Below, piece by piece: positions 41,035-49,835 of a DNA stretch of 64,000 bases. A model generated the notes under the pieces. That model was not told where the DNA came from, did no database searches, and saw only the letters and a program-made list of their open reading frames with translations. The stretch lies in IMG/VR virus record IMGVR_UViG_3300043774_001557; one strand, given 5' to 3'. Within the stretch, counting starts at the first letter, position 1, and each line of letters begins with the position of its first letter. This DNA is from an uncultured virus (IMG/VR IMGVR_UViG_3300043774_001557). Lineage: Duplodnaviria; Heunggongvirae; Uroviricota; Caudoviricetes. The translations under genes were made by a program, and so were the position numbers.

Positions 41035-41117
41035 CCGCGCCTAGGGTAGCTCCCGAAATCTGTTCCTTGGCAGGCTGGCGCGGGTTCTCAACAAGGATAT
41101 GACCATCAAGGAAAGTC
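41035..41117 (+). promoter_or_regulatory. Three-way-junction leader RNA, copy 2
   Basis: CCGCGCC-TAGG..CCGAAA-hairpin(loop TCCTTG)-GGCGCGG; CAAGGA at 41092 and 41107. Confidence 0.6.
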
Positions 41118-41690
41118 ATGAAACTAGACAAGCGCCTCAATCTCGTCATTCCCATTGATTCGGACAGCGGAAGGATTTACGCGCACAGCGTCCCTATCTC
41201 GCGCGAAGTATTCGAGGCAAACATTTTCATCATCTCGAAGACGCTCAGCGTGCTCTACGAAGACGGCCTGACCGCCTTTGCTGGCCCGCGCGTGGCCGCA
41301 ACAATGATGAAAAACATTGCCATTGACCGCGGCATCTGGGAGGGCCCGCACGGCGTTGAAAACACGCTGATGAACGAGATCCGCCGCCTGACGAATGTTG
41401 TCATCCCGGGTGAGCGCGGATGGACCACAATCCCCTTCGATGACGCTGTGAGGTCGGGGGCCATTGATGCCGATGCCGCCTCGGAGGTGGAGGGGCAGGT
41501 TGTTTTTTTTACGTGCATCTGCTGGATGCACAAGCCGAAGGAAGCGAATCCCCTGCTTCAGGGCGTGCACGAGATTTGGGAATCGCAAAGCACGTCGCTG
41601 AACTCTACGGAGTGGGCGAACTCATTGCCGACATCGATGCCGGAAGAGAGTTCTGGCGTGATGGCGACAGCATCGTCCATTCCATCCTGA
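41118..41690 (+). CDS. Tail assembly chaperone; -1 frameshift product extends to 41815
   Basis: T8 run at 41503-41510 (T TTT TTT); -1 frame open to TGA overlapping the tape measure ATG. Confidence 0.7.
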   Translation: MKLDKRLNLVIPIDSDSGRIYAHSVPISREVFEANIFIISKTLSVLYEDGLTAFAGPRVAATMMKNIAIDRGIWEGPHGVENTLMNEIRRLTNVVIPGERGWTTIPFDDAVRSGAIDADAASEVEGQVVFFTCICWMHKPKEANPLLQGVHEIWESQSTSLNSTEWANSLPTSMPEESSGVMATASSIPS

Positions 41691-41814
41691 CGTGGATATC
41701 TGAAGCGGGATTCGAGGCTTTCTTCTCTGAATACGACTTTCCATATGCGTCGGCGCATGAGTTCCGGCAGCGGCATCTGATCCACGCACTCAAATCAAAT
41801 AGAGGAATGTTCTG

Positions 41815-43659
41815 ATGGCTGGCACAAAGGCAGTTGTCACCATTGACGTCCGCGATGAGGCCTGGAAGGACTTCCAGAAAAGCTTCCAAAAATACCAAGC
41901 AGCCGTCGCACATGGCGGCTCGGAGTGGAGCAAGGTAAAGGCGAACTTTGCGGCCCATAAGAAGCAACTCGGCTCGATGCCTGCAACGTGGGGGTCGATC
42001 GGCAAGGCGATGAATTCGGCGATGCGTCCGTTCGTCAAGATCGCCGCGGCTACATCCGTCATGAATGCCCGCCTGAAGGCTGCACCTACCTTCATGGGCA
42101 AGCTGCGAGTCATCGCTCAGTCGGTCGTTGGGGTGGTGGACAAGATCGCCAAGGGCGCGTTCTCCATCGCGAAGAACATCGGCAAGGCGACGCTATCGCT
42201 GCTTAAATGGGCCGGCCTGACATCGATCTTTACTGGCCTGATGGGCGGTGTTGGGCTGTTTGGTCTCGACCGTCTGGCGGGCGCCGCGGCAAACTCACGC
42301 CGCCAATCTCAAGGATTGGGCGTTGACCCAGGCGACCTCAAGTCTGCGCAAGTCAATTTCTCCAAATTCGCAGATGTCGATTCGACGCTCGAGAATATTG
42401 CGAACGCGCGAGCGGACCTGAGTAAGCGCTGGATTTTCTCGGCGTTGGGCGTCAATCCCGAGGCGGGCAGCAACGTCGATGTCATGTCGGCATCGCTCAA
42501 GGCCGCCAAGCATTCGTTTGAGCGCGGTGGCCTGACCCAGCAGAATGCTGAGGCGCATGGGCTGACTCAGTTGTACAGCATGGATGATCTTCGTCGTCTG
42601 CATCAGATGACGGACCAAGAAATCGATGATGCTGTGCGCAAACAGAATGCAGACCGCGAAGCGTTGCGCGTCAACGATGAAACGCTAAGGGGCTGGCAAG
42701 ACCTTCGCATTCAATTGGATAAGGCTGGCTCGCAGATTGAAGCCATCCTCATCAAGAAGCTGTCGGGCCTTTCTGGTCCGCTGGCAACGCTCTCCGGCGC
42801 CGTGGCTGATGCAATCGGTACGCTGGCGGGCGACAAGGATCTCCCTGGCTACATCCAGACTTTCGGCGACAAGATCAAGCAGTTCGCCAAGTATCTGGCA
42901 TCCGATGAGTTCAAGTCGGACATGGATAACTTCATCGACAGGGTGAAGAAAGTTGGCTCGGCTCTCGGGGATCTATTTGGCTGGATTTATGACAAGCTGA
43001 AATTCCTTGGAATCGTCAAGTCTGATGCCACACCTTCCGCCCCTGGTGAGGCTCCCAAAAAGCAATCCGATTGGGACAAGCTGACCCCGACGACGCTAGA
43101 TAAGGTCGCCTGGAATGTTCAGCAAGTGAACAAGAAGATGCTCGGCGGAGAGCCGCCGTACTACAAGGAAATTGAGAGGAAAAACGGTCTTCCCCCGGGA
43201 TCGCTCGGCAGGATTCAGTCTACGGAATTTTCTGGCAAGGATCTTTCCAAGGCTGTATCCCCGGTCGGCGCAAAGGGCCCATTCCAGTTCATGGGGGGCA
43301 CCGCTAAACAGTATGGCCTTACCGATCCTTTCAGCCTTCAGGATTCAGCGAATGCCGCGGGCCGAATGCTTGGCGATCTGATGCGCAAGTACCACGGCAA
43401 TTTCGAGAAGGCCGCTGCTGCATATAACTGGGGAGCCGGCAATATCGACAAGGATCTCGCTGCAAATGGAGATCAGTGGAAGGCGCACCTCCCGAGGGAA
43501 ACGCGCGACTACATTACCAAGACGGCTCCAAGCCCCACGAATCTGGAATCTGGACGTTCATCCGGGACGCAACAGCGAGGCTCGACATCGGTTCATGTAG
43601 AGGTGCGGAACAACACGGGTGGCAGCGCCATCGTCACCACCAACGCATTGGCTCACTAA
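41815..43659 (+). CDS. Tape measure protein with C-terminal lytic transglycosylase
   Basis: Helical N-terminus; E..GAKGPFQFM, AAAAYNWGAGN, ETRDY. Confidence 0.88.
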   Translation: MAGTKAVVTIDVRDEAWKDFQKSFQKYQAAVAHGGSEWSKVKANFAAHKKQLGSMPATWGSIGKAMNSAMRPFVKIAAATSVMNARLKAAPTFMGKLRVIAQSVVGVVDKIAKGAFSIAKNIGKATLSLLKWAGLTSIFTGLMGGVGLFGLDRLAGAAANSRRQSQGLGVDPGDLKSAQVNFSKFADVDSTLENIANARADLSKRWIFSALGVNPEAGSNVDVMSASLKAAKHSFERGGLTQQNAEAHGLTQLYSMDDLRRLHQMTDQEIDDAVRKQNADREALRVNDETLRGWQDLRIQLDKAGSQIEAILIKKLSGLSGPLATLSGAVADAIGTLAGDKDLPGYIQTFGDKIKQFAKYLASDEFKSDMDNFIDRVKKVGSALGDLFGWIYDKLKFLGIVKSDATPSAPGEAPKKQSDWDKLTPTTLDKVAWNVQQVNKKMLGGEPPYYKEIERKNGLPPGSLGRIQSTEFSGKDLSKAVSPVGAKGPFQFMGGTAKQYGLTDPFSLQDSANAAGRMLGDLMRKYHGNFEKAAAAYNWGAGNIDKDLAANGDQWKAHLPRETRDYITKTAPSPTNLESGRSSGTQQRGSTSVHVEVRNNTGGSAIVTTNALAH

Positions 43660-43771
43660 TTGGAAACTTCATGGTAAACCCGTGATTTTGCCAATATAAT
43701 GGCGGAAGCCCCGACGTGCTGGACACACGGCCGGGGCCTCCTGACCAAGCCAACCTGTACGAGAGGTCGAA

Positions 43772-44617
43772 ATGGCTGCCCAAGATGCTAGCACATTCTG
43801 TGCTGAGTTCTCCTATGCGCGACGCTGCGGCAAGTTCTATACCTACATCCATCTAACTGGCGACAAGGCCGGCGATCCCGGGCGCGTGTTCTATGTGGGG
43901 AAGGGGCAGAAAACCAGGGCCTGGATGACAAACAGGACGAAATACTGGAAGCACGTGGCAGATAAACACGGGTTTTCAGTCCAGATATGCGCCTACTGGG
44001 ATTCGGAATCCGATGCGTTCTTGCATGAGAGGCTTTTAATTTCGAGTTTTCGGGATATGGGCGTCGCTCTGTCCAATTTGACGGATGGAGGAGAAGGATC
44101 TTCAGGCATAGTTCCATCAGCGGAAAAGCGCGCAAAGATCAGCAAGGCAAGAATGGGGCAAAAGCAGTCTGATGAAGTTTTGGCAAAAATCAGCGCCTCC
44201 TTGACCGGAAGAATTTTCTCGGCGGAGCATAGAGAAAAAATCGCGAAAGCGAACCGAGGAAAGATTCGCGACCCGGAAATTGGGAAAAAGATAAGCGCTG
44301 CCAAGAAGGGAAAGAGGCAGTCCCCTGAATCTGTGGCTAGGCGTGCAGCAACGCAAAAAGCTCTATACGCCACCCCGGAATACAAAAAGATTCTCAGCGC
44401 CGCCTCTATAGGTCGATCCCATACCGAAGAGGCGCGTGCGAAGATTGGCGATGCGCACAGGGGGAAGGTGCTATCTCCGGAGACGCGAAAGAAGATTAGC
44501 GATGCCCGAACGGGAAAGGCCCTCACACCCGAGCACAGGCTAAAGATAAGCGAAGGTCTTAGGGCGAGAAGATCCGCAAACCAGCCGGAATTGAACCTCG
44601 ATAGTCATGTCGACTGA
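43772..44617 (+). CDS. Free-standing GIY-YIG-like homing endonuclease with NUMOD3 repeats
   Basis: FYTYIH..FYVGKG..R, NLTDGGEG, repeated S.E.R.KIS.A..G. Confidence 0.85.
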   Translation: MAAQDASTFCAEFSYARRCGKFYTYIHLTGDKAGDPGRVFYVGKGQKTRAWMTNRTKYWKHVADKHGFSVQICAYWDSESDAFLHERLLISSFRDMGVALSNLTDGGEGSSGIVPSAEKRAKISKARMGQKQSDEVLAKISASLTGRIFSAEHREKIAKANRGKIRDPEIGKKISAAKKGKRQSPESVARRAATQKALYATPEYKKILSAASIGRSHTEEARAKIGDAHRGKVLSPETRKKISDARTGKALTPEHRLKISEGLRARRSANQPELNLDSHVD

Positions 44618-45344
44618 ACGTACTATATGGCAGTTGGGTTTCCAGATAAGTCCCATAATCCTGACGGGTGGTTTGGCGAAATTCATACCTGGCGGGATGC
44701 TACCGATTGTTGCGCTCACACAGACTGGGAATTTCGCACTGGGGCTGCTGCAAGGAAACGTCAATCTGAATCTGGATTCGTTCTTTGCGCAGTTCCGGCC
44801 GCTTCCGGGAACCTCGCTCGTCAACAATCAGATCGGCAAGTATCCCTTTGCCAATCAGGCAGTCGCGGCCAATGCAATCATTGCGCAGCCTTTGAATGTA
44901 TCGCTGCTGATGGCGTGCCCAGCCAATTCGCAGGGCGGGTACATCTCGAAGCTGATGACGATGAGTGCGCTCAAGGTGGCGCTTGACGCGCACAATTCGG
45001 CGGGCGGGACGTACACCATCGCAACGCCTTCTTACATCTACACAGGATGCATTCTCACGAATCTGCGCGATGTTTCGCAGGGAAACGGTAAGCAGGTTCA
45101 AACGGAATGGCAGTGGGACTTTGAGAAGCCCCTGGTGGCGCAAGCTGATGCCGCGCAAGCGCTTAATGGACTGATGGGAAAGATCGGCGGTGGCCTGCCT
45201 TTTAGCGGGCTCCCAACATGGTCTGGCATTGAGTCTGCAATCGGCAGCGTGGCAAGTGGGATCGGTAGTCTGGCAAGCGGATTGGTAGGGGCAGTCGCAG
45301 GCGTAGCGCCGACGCCAACTAGCACTGTGGCGGTAACCCCATGA
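44607..45344 (+). CDS. Tail/baseplate initiator-type protein
   Basis: Position after tape measure; WQWDFEKP. Confidence 0.6.
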   Translation: MSTERTIWQLGFQISPIILTGGLAKFIPGGMLPIVALTQTGNFALGLLQGNVNLNLDSFFAQFRPLPGTSLVNNQIGKYPFANQAVAANAIIAQPLNVSLLMACPANSQGGYISKLMTMSALKVALDAHNSAGGTYTIATPSYIYTGCILTNLRDVSQGNGKQVQTEWQWDFEKPLVAQADAAQALNGLMGKIGGGLPFSGLPTWSGIESAIGSVASGIGSLASGLVGAVAGVAPTPTSTVAVTP

Positions 45345-45610
45345 CGACATACATTCCGTTCGCGCCATCCAGTGCATCAAACTTTCAGTTCCAGCCGACG
45401 CTTGATGGTCAGCAATACACCGCCATCGTTACATGGAATCTGTTCGGGCAGCGCTATTACCTGAATCTGTATACGACGCAGAACGTCCTGGTGTTGTGTG
45501 TGCCGTTGATAGGCTCCCCAGACAACTACAGCATTTCCATGGTATCCGGGCACTTCACATCCACATTGGTGTATCGAGTCTCGAGCGCGCAGTTCGAAGT
45601 GAGTCCGTGA
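45341..45610 (+). CDS. Small baseplate protein
   Basis: TLDGQQY...WN....RYY. Confidence 0.65.
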   Translation: MTTYIPFAPSSASNFQFQPTLDGQQYTAIVTWNLFGQRYYLNLYTTQNVLVLCVPLIGSPDNYSISMVSGHFTSTLVYRVSSAQFEVSP

Positions 45611-45611
45611 G

Positions 45612-46556
45612 ATGCGTTATTACGATGTGCAGATTAGCGACCCCGCCACCGGGAGCATCGTCAAGCGCTTCACGTCAATTGATCAGGCGAGCGGCTCGAC
45701 TCTGCCCGGCGCGCTCAATATCGAGATTGACGTTCCGATCTATACCTATGATGTACCGGCCGGTGCCGCATTCCTGCGAGTATGGGGAATCGCCCTGACG
45801 GACATAGGACAGTCATCGAATTTCAACGGGAAGACGATCAAGATCTTCGCGGGCATGGCGAAGGGTCTACCACTGGCCAATCCCGCGCAGGCCGGTTTGA
45901 TAGCGCAAGGAAGGATCTTCCAGGCATTCGGAAACTGGCAGGGCATCAACCAGACACTCGATTTTGTCTTCTACGCAGATACTGGCAGCGCTGAGGCACC
46001 GCAGAATCTGGTACTCAATTGGAAGGCCGGCATGCAGTTGAGTGTGGCCATTTCCAATACCCTGCAAACAGCTTTCCCCACTTATAAGCAATCGATAAGC
46101 ATCAGCCAGAACCTTGTTCTGGCCCATGATGAACCAGGGGTGCATCAGTCCCTGACACAGTTTGCGGGTTACATCAACACAATCAGCAAATCCATCATCG
46201 GCGGGACGTATAGCGGCGTCAGGATGCTGATCCGCGATGACACGTTTCTGGTGTATGACGGCACAACGCCGACCACGCCCAAGCAGATCATCTTCACGGA
46301 TGTGATAGGCCAGCCAGTCTGGAAAGATTTCGCGACGATAGGGCTTTACTGTGTTCTTCGGCATGACATTCAGGTTGGGGACTACATTGTTTTGCCCAAG
46401 GCCCAGGTGACCACAACAGCGCAGTCCTATCCTGCGTACCGGAATAATCTCGTGTTTCAGGGATCGTTTCTGGTGACTCGCGTGAGGCATGTCGGAAACT
46501 TCAGGGACCCAGATGCAGCATCGTGGGTTACCACGATCGATGCGGTGACAACTTAA
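45612..46556 (+). CDS. Baseplate hub protein
   Basis: Size, position, RHVGNFR. Confidence 0.65.
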   Translation: MRYYDVQISDPATGSIVKRFTSIDQASGSTLPGALNIEIDVPIYTYDVPAGAAFLRVWGIALTDIGQSSNFNGKTIKIFAGMAKGLPLANPAQAGLIAQGRIFQAFGNWQGINQTLDFVFYADTGSAEAPQNLVLNWKAGMQLSVAISNTLQTAFPTYKQSISISQNLVLAHDEPGVHQSLTQFAGYINTISKSIIGGTYSGVRMLIRDDTFLVYDGTTPTTPKQIIFTDVIGQPVWKDFATIGLYCVLRHDIQVGDYIVLPKAQVTTTAQSYPAYRNNLVFQGSFLVTRVRHVGNFRDPDAASWVTTIDAVTT

Positions 46557-47269
46557 TGGACCATCTTCGAACACCGCTCGCTCCGGCATTGACCCAGTTT
46601 GCCGAGAAGATAATCAACGACGCGTTCCAGTTGACCGGGAAAGGCCTGCCATGCTCGGTAGCGGCGGTCTCCGGTTCAATTGTCACGGTCAAGTTCGAGG
46701 TGAACAGCCAGTTCACGCTGCCAGAGGTGACGGTCCCTCTGTTCGGGCCGGAGTACATCCGCTACCCGATTCAGGTCGGCGACAAGGGCGCGGTGATCCC
46801 ATTCGATGCCTATCTTGGCGGGGTGAGTGGGCTTGGCGGAGGTGTGGCGGACCTAACGCAGCGCGCGAATCTCTCGACACTCGTTTTCCTGCCGGTGGGA
46901 AACAAGATCTGGACGTCAGTTGATCCGAATGCAGTGACAATCTACGGCCCCAATGGCGTTGTCTTGCGAGACACAAGCAGCAATTCGATCGTCACCCTGA
47001 CGCCGACGAGTATCACTGTTGTTGCGCTGAACCAAATTCAAATGAAGACGGGCTCGACGACGCTGACGATCACGCCGACCGGATGGAGCATCGCGGGCAC
47101 AAATGGATCGCTTTCGGATGGAGCTCACACGACGTCGGTGACGTTGATGAATCAGGTATGGGCGGCGCTCATCGCCTTTCTAAACGGACACATTCATTCG
47201 AACGGGAACGGCGGCGCCAACACAGGCGTGGCAGTGACACCGTATAGCGGCGGGAGTATCGCACCATGA
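46556..47269 (+). CDS. Baseplate spike protein
   Basis: OB-fold-like N-terminus (PIQVGDKG), C-terminal HxH metal tip (GHIHS). Confidence 0.75.
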   Translation: MDHLRTPLAPALTQFAEKIINDAFQLTGKGLPCSVAAVSGSIVTVKFEVNSQFTLPEVTVPLFGPEYIRYPIQVGDKGAVIPFDAYLGGVSGLGGGVADLTQRANLSTLVFLPVGNKIWTSVDPNAVTIYGPNGVVLRDTSSNSIVTLTPTSITVVALNQIQMKTGSTTLTITPTGWSIAGTNGSLSDGAHTTSVTLMNQVWAALIAFLNGHIHSNGNGGANTGVAVTPYSGGSIAP

Positions 47270-47619
47270 GCAATCGTCGCACGTATGGTCGTGTCGTCAA
47301 CGCAGATGGCACATACAAATGGACGCAAGTCAGCACAGATGCAAACGGAAATTCGGATGCGGTCTATCTGACTACGCTTATTCAATGCCTGAAGTTGAAT
47401 TTGGGTGAATCACCGTTCTTTGCGAACTATGGCATCCCAGCGCATCCGTCCGTTCTGACGCAGGTATTCCCAGATTTCTACGTGAACCAAACACAACAGC
47501 AATTCGCACCGTACTTCGCAAGTCTGACCATAACCAAGACCAACTCGACGACGCCGACATACAACATTCAGGCCATCACGCACAACGGCGCGACGATCTC
47601 GGCGAGCATCCCCGTCTAG
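47266..47619 (+). CDS. Baseplate wedge protein (gp25/gp46-like)
   Basis: LKLNLGESPF..NYGIP. Confidence 0.7.
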   Translation: MSNRRTYGRVVNADGTYKWTQVSTDANGNSDAVYLTTLIQCLKLNLGESPFFANYGIPAHPSVLTQVFPDFYVNQTQQQFAPYFASLTITKTNSTTPTYNIQAITHNGATISASIPV

Positions 47620-48110
47620 TCGCCGCGAGCCAGCCTGACGTTCCGGGTGTTCATGGCGGTGTTTTCTTTCGTCAAGTGGACGACCCAACAGTCGGGGCAG
47701 ATCCATTCGGCCGTCCGCGGTATCTGCTCAAGGAAGTATCCGCAGTCGTGGCATCGATTGGCGTTCGGGTAATCGCGGCTCTCGGCCAGTTCGGGTTCCG
47801 GCTCGGCCATGCCACGAAAGCGTGGGTAATGCGTCTGCCCCGCGTAGAACGCCCTGAAGTCTTTCTCTAGATCTCGCAGCGCCTCATCAAGTGACTTCAG
47901 TGGTGCAGCCGCGAGAAACCGGTATTCCTTCAGTCCGGAAATGACCCTCAGAGCACTGACTGTCTCCGGATAACCGATCTGCGTCTGACGCCAGTACCAC
48001 GCGTCAGAGCGCAATCGCAGCATGTAGTTGTAGACAAAACGCACGCACGCGGCCACGCGGGTCATGGATACGCCATGCTCGCCGGCTGGACGGATTGCGT
48101 GCGCTTTCAT
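47616..48110 (-). CDS. Internally deleted TnpB derivative (N-terminal helical region plus Zn ribbon, no RuvC core)
   Basis: CVRFVYN..L..RSDAWY...IGY...LRDL...F.AF.AG...YPRF joined to RCHDCGY...WICPDC..VH. Confidence 0.8.
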   Translation of the reverse strand: MKAHAIRPAGEHGVSMTRVAACVRFVYNYMLRLRSDAWYWRQTQIGYPETVSALRVISGLKEYRFLAAAPLKSLDEALRDLEKDFRAFYAGQTHYPRFRGMAEPEPELAESRDYPNANRCHDCGYFLEQIPRTAEWICPDCWVVHLTKENTAMNTRNVRLARGD

Positions 48111-48155
48111 TTCTCAGATTGAGGGAGGAATCCTTCAGTTTAGCCCGAATTCTCC

Positions 48156-49580
48156 ATGACCGATCTCGTAACCGTGCCGCCGCTGGTGATGACGTCAGCC
48201 GGCCCGCAACCGCAATCGCCGACGAGCCTGAATTCCCAGCTGATCGCGCTGGCAACACAGCTCTCTCCGGGGTTGACTTCCGATCTTCCGGGTTCGCTCA
48301 TCGAGGACATTTCTAGCACGGATACAGCGGCGCTGGCAATGATTGACCAGGCGCGCGCCGATCTCATCAACTCCCTTAGCCCGTTCGCTGCCAATCCATC
48401 GTTGCTCATTCAGTTGGGGGCAATTTACGGTGTTCCGCAAGGCATCGGATCGAACACATCGGTCTATCTGGTCTTTAGCGGGCCGGTCGGCTACGTCGTG
48501 ACCAAGGGTTTCACCGTTAGCGACGGCACGAACCAATACATCGTGCAAGACGGTGGAATTGTTGGATCGGGCGGAACGACCATTCCGCTTTTTGCGGTTG
48601 CGGTACTTGCTGGAACATGGGCCGTTCCGCAGAACACGGTCAAGCAGCTCATCACGTCAGTTCCATCCACCATTACGCTGACAGTCACGAATCCGAACCC
48701 CGGAACACCGGGGCTATCAGCGCAGTCCGAACAGGACTACCGTTCGCAGGTATTGCAAGCCGGTCTTGCCTCGTCCCAGGGCATGGCGACGTACCTGAAG
48801 ACGTTGCTGCAAAAGGTCTCGGGCGTGCAGCCGAACCTGATCTCTGTGCAGCAGGGCACAGGAACGGGGTGGCGCGTTATCTGTGGTGGCGGCGATCCCT
48901 ACCAGATTGCGTATGCAATCTACTCGGCATTGTTCGACATCTCGACGCTGGTCGGTTCGCAGCTCGCCATCACGGCGATGACCAATGCCAATCCCGTCGT
49001 CATTACGACAAACCTGAATCATGGCTACACCGCAGGACAGACGGTCACGGTCACGGGAGCCACGCCCAACGCGTACAACCTGACGTACACCATTACATCG
49101 GTCACGGCGACGACGATCACGACAACGACGAACGGAACGGGATTCGGCGCGTACTCGAGCGGCGCAACTCTTTCGCCGAACCCTCGGAATGTGACGGTTT
49201 CGATCAACGATTACCCAGACCAGTATCAGGTCACCTTAGTCAATCCGCCCCAGCAGGCTGTATCTATCACGGTAACGTGGAACACGATATCGACGAATTT
49301 CATTTCGCCTGCAGCAATCGCACAGCTCGCCCAACAGCCGCTGGCGAACTATGTGAACGGAATCCCGGTAGGCCAACCAATCAATCAGTTTGAGTTGCAG
49401 AACGTTTTCCAGACGGCTATCGCCTCGGTAATCCAGCCTCAGCTTCTAACGCGCATGGTCTTCCAGGTCATCATCAATGGAACCATTGTTTCTCCCAATA
49501 CGGGAACGGGCATCTACGCATCTGATCCGGAATCTTACTTCTACACGACTGCAGCCCAGATCACAGTCAACCAGGGATAA
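48156..49580 (+). CDS. Baseplate J-like protein
   Basis: LPGSLIED, QSEQDYRSQV. Confidence 0.8.
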   Translation: MTDLVTVPPLVMTSAGPQPQSPTSLNSQLIALATQLSPGLTSDLPGSLIEDISSTDTAALAMIDQARADLINSLSPFAANPSLLIQLGAIYGVPQGIGSNTSVYLVFSGPVGYVVTKGFTVSDGTNQYIVQDGGIVGSGGTTIPLFAVAVLAGTWAVPQNTVKQLITSVPSTITLTVTNPNPGTPGLSAQSEQDYRSQVLQAGLASSQGMATYLKTLLQKVSGVQPNLISVQQGTGTGWRVICGGGDPYQIAYAIYSALFDISTLVGSQLAITAMTNANPVVITTNLNHGYTAGQTVTVTGATPNAYNLTYTITSVTATTITTTTNGTGFGAYSSGATLSPNPRNVTVSINDYPDQYQVTLVNPPQQAVSITVTWNTISTNFISPAAIAQLAQQPLANYVNGIPVGQPINQFELQNVFQTAIASVIQPQLLTRMVFQVIINGTIVSPNTGTGIYASDPESYFYTTAAQITVNQG

Positions 49581-49583
49581 ATC

Positions 49584-49835
49584 GTGTCTACGCAAGTAAC
49601 TGTCACTCTACGCTCGGGCACTACATCTCCGCTGACATTCGCTCAGGTTGATGGAAATTTTTCCTCCCTCGCCTCGGCGATTAATGCCAACGGAGCGCAA
49701 CTCGACAATCTGTCGAATGGCGCAGGCGCGACTTTTTCCGCCGCCATGGTCACATGGTTCAACAGCCTGCCCACGACTTTGCCGGCGACACCCGGTGTAC
49801 TTTGGAACAACATGGGGACGCTCTCCCAATCATGA
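49584..49835 (+). CDS. Small tail-associated protein
   Basis: PLTFAQVDGNF; LPTTLP..PGVLWNN.G. Confidence 0.6.
   Translation: MSTQVTVTLRSGTTSPLTFAQVDGNFSSLASAINANGAQLDNLSNGAGATFSAAMVTWFNSLPTTLPATPGVLWNNMGTLSQS

Noticed and set aside
43660..44617. Intron around the GIY-YIG gene
   Set aside because: Flanking genes appear complete and the gene has its own promoter-like leader, so it is free-standing
47616..48110. Active IS200/IS605 element
   Set aside because: No tnpA, no RuvC core, no recognisable ends
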